From positions 136,070 to 200,069 of the forward strand of contig CAVSOP010000009.1 in the NCBI GenBank assembly GCA_963729635.1: a stretch of 64,000 nt of DNA. The letters run 5' to 3'. Shown here piece after piece: positions 59,837-64,000 of the stretch (positions within the stretch are counted from its first letter, which is position 1; every line of letters begins with the position of its first letter). Both the position numbers and the translations under genes were made by a program. The notes under the pieces were generated by a model. The model ran no database searches and was not told where the DNA came from. It was given only the letters and a program-made list of their open reading frames with translations. The stretch comes from an uncultured archaeon (GTDB taxonomy: Archaea > Micrarchaeota > Micrarchaeia > Micrarchaeales > CABMGC01).

Positions 59837-61591
59837 TTGGAGATGATAAGGCAGCCAATAATCTGCGTGATGGGTCACGTCGACCACGGCAAGACCACGC
59901 TCCTCGACCGCATAAGGAACACCACGATGGCGAAGAAGGAGGCCGGCGCGATAACCCAGCACATCGGGGCGAGCGAGGTACCTCTGGACGTCATCGAGAA
60001 GGTCTCCGGCGACGTGCTGAAGAAATTCAAGACGAGGATAACCATCCCCGGCCTGCTATTCATAGACACGCCGGGGCACGAGGTCTTCACCAACCTCAGG
60101 AGGCGCGGCGGGGCCGTCGCCGACCTGGCGATCCTGGTCGTGGACGTCTCTAAGAGCTTCGAGCCGCAGACCTTCGAGGCCATAGAGATACTCAAGGAAT
60201 ACAAGACCCCGTTCGTGGTCGCGGCCAACAAGATCGACACGATAACTGGATGGCGGGCGCAGGACACTAACAGCTTCGCCGAGTCGCTCGAGAAACAGGG
60301 CAGGGACGTGGCGGAGATGCTCGACGCCAAGATCTACGAGCTCGTCGGCAAGCTGAGCGAGCTCGGCTTCGCGAGCGAGAGGTTCGACAGGGTCACGGAC
60401 TTCAGGAAGGAAATCGTGATACTACCCGTGAGCGCGAAGACCGGGGAGGGCGTGGCCGAGCTGCTGGTCTTCACGGCCGGCATCGCGCAGAAGTTCCTGG
60501 AGATGCGGCTGGAGATAGAGGTCAACGGCCCGGGTAAGGGGAGCATACTGGAGAAGAAGGAGGAGAAGGGCCTCGGCACGACTATCGACGTCATGCTCTA
60601 CAGCGGGACGCTTAAGGTCAACGACACCATCGCCTTCGCCACCGCGGCAGGGATAGCCACGGCGAGGATAAGGGCGCTGCTCAAGCCCAAGCCCCTGCAG
60701 GAGATGAGGGACACGTCGAGCAAGTACTACTACGTCGACACGGTCGCGGCCGCGTCCGGGGTTAAGATAAGCGGGGTGGGCCTGGACGACGCGCTACCCG
60801 GCTCGCTGCTCATATCCACGGAGGACAAGGACTACGAGAAGGACATCGCCATGGAGATAAAGGACGTCTTTGCCACGGAGAAGATGGGCATAATCCTGAA
60901 GGCCGACACGATCGGGAGCCTCGAGGCGCTCTCCAGGCTGCTGAGCAACGCGGGCATAAGGACAAGCCAGAAGAAGATAGGCAACGTCTCCAGGAGGGAC
61001 GTGCTCGACGCGTTCGCGATGCGGGCCATAGACCCGTACAGCGCGGTGGTCCTGGCGTTCAACGTGAAGGTCGAGGACGACGCCGTCTCGGAGAGCGAGG
61101 CCACCGCAGTGAAGGTCATAAGCGAGAACGTCATCTACAAGATAATCGACGACTACAAGGAGTGGCTCGATGCTGAGAAGAAGAGGGAGAGGGACACCGC
61201 GGGCAAGACGCTCACGTTCCCGTGCATAGTCAAGTCCCTGCCGAACCACGTCTTCAGGATGTCGCATCCCGCCGTCTTCGGCGTGGACGTGGTCGCGGGC
61301 AGGCTGAAGTCCTCGTCGATGCTGATGAACGGGCAGGGCGACGTCATCGGGAGGGTGAAGGAGATACAGGACGCCGGGACGACCCTTCTGGAGGCGAAAA
61401 AGGGGGACAGCGTCGCGATATCCATAGACGGGATAACCTTCGGAAGGCAGCTGAGGGAGAACGACCTGCTCTACACCCACCTGAACGACGAGGAGGAGCA
61501 GATGCTCAGGTCCAAGTTCAGCTACCTGCTCACCGACGAGGAGAAGGACCTGCTCGACGCGGTGTCCAAGATAAAGAGGACGAAGAAATAG
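59837..61591 (+). CDS. infB: Translation initiation factor aIF5B/IF-2
   Basis: IRQPIICVMGHVDHGKT, ITQHIGA, DTPGHE and NKID motifs. Confidence 0.97.
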   Translation: MEMIRQPIICVMGHVDHGKTTLLDRIRNTTMAKKEAGAITQHIGASEVPLDVIEKVSGDVLKKFKTRITIPGLLFIDTPGHEVFTNLRRRGGAVADLAILVVDVSKSFEPQTFEAIEILKEYKTPFVVAANKIDTITGWRAQDTNSFAESLEKQGRDVAEMLDAKIYELVGKLSELGFASERFDRVTDFRKEIVILPVSAKTGEGVAELLVFTAGIAQKFLEMRLEIEVNGPGKGSILEKKEEKGLGTTIDVMLYSGTLKVNDTIAFATAAGIATARIRALLKPKPLQEMRDTSSKYYYVDTVAAASGVKISGVGLDDALPGSLLISTEDKDYEKDIAMEIKDVFATEKMGIILKADTIGSLEALSRLLSNAGIRTSQKKIGNVSRRDVLDAFAMRAIDPYSAVVLAFNVKVEDDAVSESEATAVKVISENVIYKIIDDYKEWLDAEKKRERDTAGKTLTFPCIVKSLPNHVFRMSHPAVFGVDVVAGRLKSSSMLMNGQGDVIGRVKEIQDAGTTLLEAKKGDSVAISIDGITFGRQLRENDLLYTHLNDEEEQMLRSKFSYLLTDEEKDLLDAVSKIKRTKK

Positions 61592-61809
61592 CGGTTTTCC
61601 TAGTCAATCGGAGTTCCCACGACAATGCATAAATAACTGGTGAGACAAATAAGCAGTAGGATAACATGGCCAGAATAGAAAAGAATACTGCGGTCAAAAC
61701 GCTTGTCAATGGAGCTACTACCGCACTGATCACCGCGGCCCGCACAAACCCGGTCCAGGTTGCGCTTCCGGCAAAGAGAGCTCGGCAGGACGATCGTTTT
61801 GATCTGGAT

Positions 61810-63669
61810 CTAATCGACTGAGCTGTCTTTCTTCTCTCCATCGAGCAGCGCCATCAGTTCCTCGCCGTCCACGCTGAGCCTGTACTTAGACATCATCTCC
61901 CTGACCAATTCTTCTTTGCCCATCTTCCCGAATTTCTTTAGGATGTCCCCAAGCTTCTTCCCGGAGATGCGCTCGAGCCCGTTCTCCTTGACGACCCGCT
62001 CGGCGTCCTCCCCGCTCTCCGGTGCGCGCTTGATTATCTCGCCGATCGCGGCCTTGGTCACCGCACCCTCCCTGTAGAGCTCGAAGATCATGACGAACGC
62101 GTCCGCGCTTATCCGGTCGACGTCGACGCCGCTCCTCCTTATCTCCTTGGTCTTCTCGAGAAGTATCGGCGCAATGACCGACCCGCTGACCTTCGTCTTC
62201 TCAACCATCTCCTTGAACAGCGGCAGGTAGGACGACCACAGCATCTGCTCGGCGAGCTGCTTGTTGCCTATCTCCTTCTCCAGCCACTTCGCCAGCTTGT
62301 CCGGGTCCACCACGCTCTTCTTCAGCGCCTCGTACTCCTTGAAATCGACAGGTATCGGGAGGACGTCGGTCTCCGGATACATCCTGGAGCCGCCAGGTAG
62401 CGGTCTCATGAATGTGGTGATGAGCTTCTTGCCGTCTACGCCCCGCGTCTCCTTTGGGACGCCCTCCAGCGCGTACTCGGCGCGCCTGAGCGCGAAGTCG
62501 ATGGCCGTGGAGGCCGTCTCCATTGGTCCGGTGACCAGGATGAACGCGTCCCCCTCCGTGATGCACAGTTTCTTGTGAAGTTCCCCGAGTTCCGCGCTGT
62601 TGAGCTCGTACCTCTCGAGGTTCTCGTCGCTGTGGATTATCCCTCCGATCCCGGCCATCTTCGCGTAGTCGCTTATCTCGCTGCCGAGCCTCCTGTCTGG
62701 GTTGACCTCGATGCCCAGGGCGCCGCCGAAGCCCTCGAGCCTGGCGCCAAATACGGACCCGCCGCCCTCCGTGCTCTGTTTCAGTATCTTTGCGTTGGTG
62801 CCCTTGAAGAGGTCCGTGACGTCCATCGCCCTGTGGACCTTCGCCTTCCTCTTGTGGAGGATTTCCTTTATCTCAAGCAGCTTGAGGTGCCTCTCGACCT
62901 CGCGCTCTATGATGGTGTCCATGCTCTCCAGCTCCTGGAAGCCCTTTATCTCGACCCTCTCGCCTCCCTTTATCGAGATGTTGACGTCCTGCCTTATCGA
63001 GCCTATGCCCCTTTGCACCTTGCCCGTAATCCGAAGTATGAGACCTATCCGCTTGGCCACCGCCTTGGCCTCCCCCGGGGTCCTTATCTCTGGCGCGGTA
63101 TCCATCTCCACTAGGGGCACGCCGAGCCGGTCCAAGTTGTAGAGGACCATCTCCCTGTCGCTGCGCTCTATGCCGCTCGACTCCTCCTCCAGGAACAGGT
63201 CCGGGATGGTTATCTCCCTCTTGCCAACGGCGAGAGTGCCCCCGTATCCGACCATCATGGTCCTCTGGAACGCGCTGGGGTCGCTGCCGTCCACTACTCC
63301 CTTGCGCATAATCTCCAGTTCGGCAGGCATCCTCATCCCCAGGGACGCCGCGATCTGCATGACGATTGCAAGGGCCTCCCTGTTGAGTTCGTGAGGCGGC
63401 TCCTCGTCTATGTCGACCAGGCATGACGACTTCCTGAAGGCGTTATAGATGAACTTCCTTTTCTTCGAACTCTCGAACGCGGCCGATGGGTCGACTTTCC
63501 CAAGTTCCCCTGAGACCGCCCTCTGCATCCTCTCTATCTCGCCTACCGAGACGTCCTGGGAGATGCTGGCGTCGCAGGAGCAGAAGAGCTTCGACTTGGT
63601 GGCGAGCCTCTGGTGGATCTCGAGCCCGCAGACGAACCCTATGCCCTCGTAGTATTTCTCGTCGTGCAT
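61810..63669 (-). CDS. gatE: Glu-tRNA(Gln) amidotransferase subunit E
   Basis: GLEIHQRL, VVDGS, LDRLGVPLVE, RGIGSIRQDVN and RPLPGGSRMYPETD motifs. Confidence 0.96.
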   Translation of the reverse strand: MHDEKYYEGIGFVCGLEIHQRLATKSKLFCSCDASISQDVSVGEIERMQRAVSGELGKVDPSAAFESSKKRKFIYNAFRKSSCLVDIDEEPPHELNREALAIVMQIAASLGMRMPAELEIMRKGVVDGSDPSAFQRTMMVGYGGTLAVGKREITIPDLFLEEESSGIERSDREMVLYNLDRLGVPLVEMDTAPEIRTPGEAKAVAKRIGLILRITGKVQRGIGSIRQDVNISIKGGERVEIKGFQELESMDTIIEREVERHLKLLEIKEILHKRKAKVHRAMDVTDLFKGTNAKILKQSTEGGGSVFGARLEGFGGALGIEVNPDRRLGSEISDYAKMAGIGGIIHSDENLERYELNSAELGELHKKLCITEGDAFILVTGPMETASTAIDFALRRAEYALEGVPKETRGVDGKKLITTFMRPLPGGSRMYPETDVLPIPVDFKEYEALKKSVVDPDKLAKWLEKEIGNKQLAEQMLWSSYLPLFKEMVEKTKVSGSVIAPILLEKTKEIRRSGVDVDRISADAFVMIFELYREGAVTKAAIGEIIKRAPESGEDAERVVKENGLERISGKKLGDILKKFGKMGKEELVREMMSKYRLSVDGEELMALLDGEKKDSSVD

Positions 63670-63673
63670 GGGC

Positions 63674-64000
63674 TCACCAGTCGACCTCCGTCCGTTCGGT
63701 TATCTCCCCAGCGATGTTCTTGTTGAGGAGGTCCGCGGCCTTCTTCCTGTCGTAGTTGCCCAGAAGGAAGCCCAGCTTCACGAGGGCAACCTCGGGGAGC
63801 ATATCCTCGCAGTACGTCGCCCCCGCATCTGATATGAGGCGCAGGTTCGTGTATACCGTCGAGCTCACCCTTCCGTTGAGGCACTGGGATGTCATACCGA
63901 CTATCGCGCCCGACCCCGTCGCGCCCCTTATGCCCTCGAGCCATGAGTACTTCTTGTCACTCGGGGTCACGGCGACGTGCCCGAGGCCGGATCCCTCTAT
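63674..64000 (-). CDS. gatD: Glu-tRNA(Gln) amidotransferase subunit D (3' end)
   Basis: GSGLGHV, MTSQCLNGRV and EDMLPEVALVKL...NIAGEI; directly upstream of gatE. Confidence 0.9.
   Translation of the reverse strand: MEGSGLGHVAVTPSDKKYSWLEGIRGATGSGAIVGMTSQCLNGRVSSTVYTNLRLISDAGATYCEDMLPEVALVKLGFLLGNYDRKKAADLLNKNIAGEITERTEVDW

Noticed and set aside
1-64000. CRISPR array, rRNA, integrase or intact transposase
   Set aside because: No regularly spaced repeats, rRNA-like sequence or recombinase/DDE motifs were found by eye.

Overview
A 64 kb fragment of a GC-rich archaeal chromosome, most likely DPANN/Micrarchaeota. This is an inference from GatDE, aIF5B, an archaeal ATP-dependent ligase and ValRS, and a QAAMEFLMTYGW-type class III pilin. 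Core genes are ftsZ (partial), lig, hisG, a suf operon (regulator-sufB-sufD-sufC-sufS-cutA), valS, thrC, msrA/msrB, trpB2, dapL, ndk, dcd, aIF5B, gatE and gatD (partial). Accessory DNA lies between them: HicBA, two AbiE (type IV TA) pairs on either side of valS, an AT-richer island with three Lrp-family proteins and a glutamate-cysteine-ligase/Ntn-amidotransferase/YbaK cluster, a low-GC island with a type IIG restriction-modification gene and a Schlafen/AlbA_2 protein, three tRNA-Thr genes interleaved with cargo, and a family of modular surface proteins. The most striking pattern recurs several times: small cargo units with no integrase are bracketed by diverged direct repeats of the end of a neighbouring gene (valS 3' end, kinase 5' end, isochorismatase 3' end, tRNA-Thr). 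Several gene truncation junctions also fall at CTAG. Many frameshifts at short homopolymers are probably sequencing errors. All calls were made by eye from motifs; no database searches were run.
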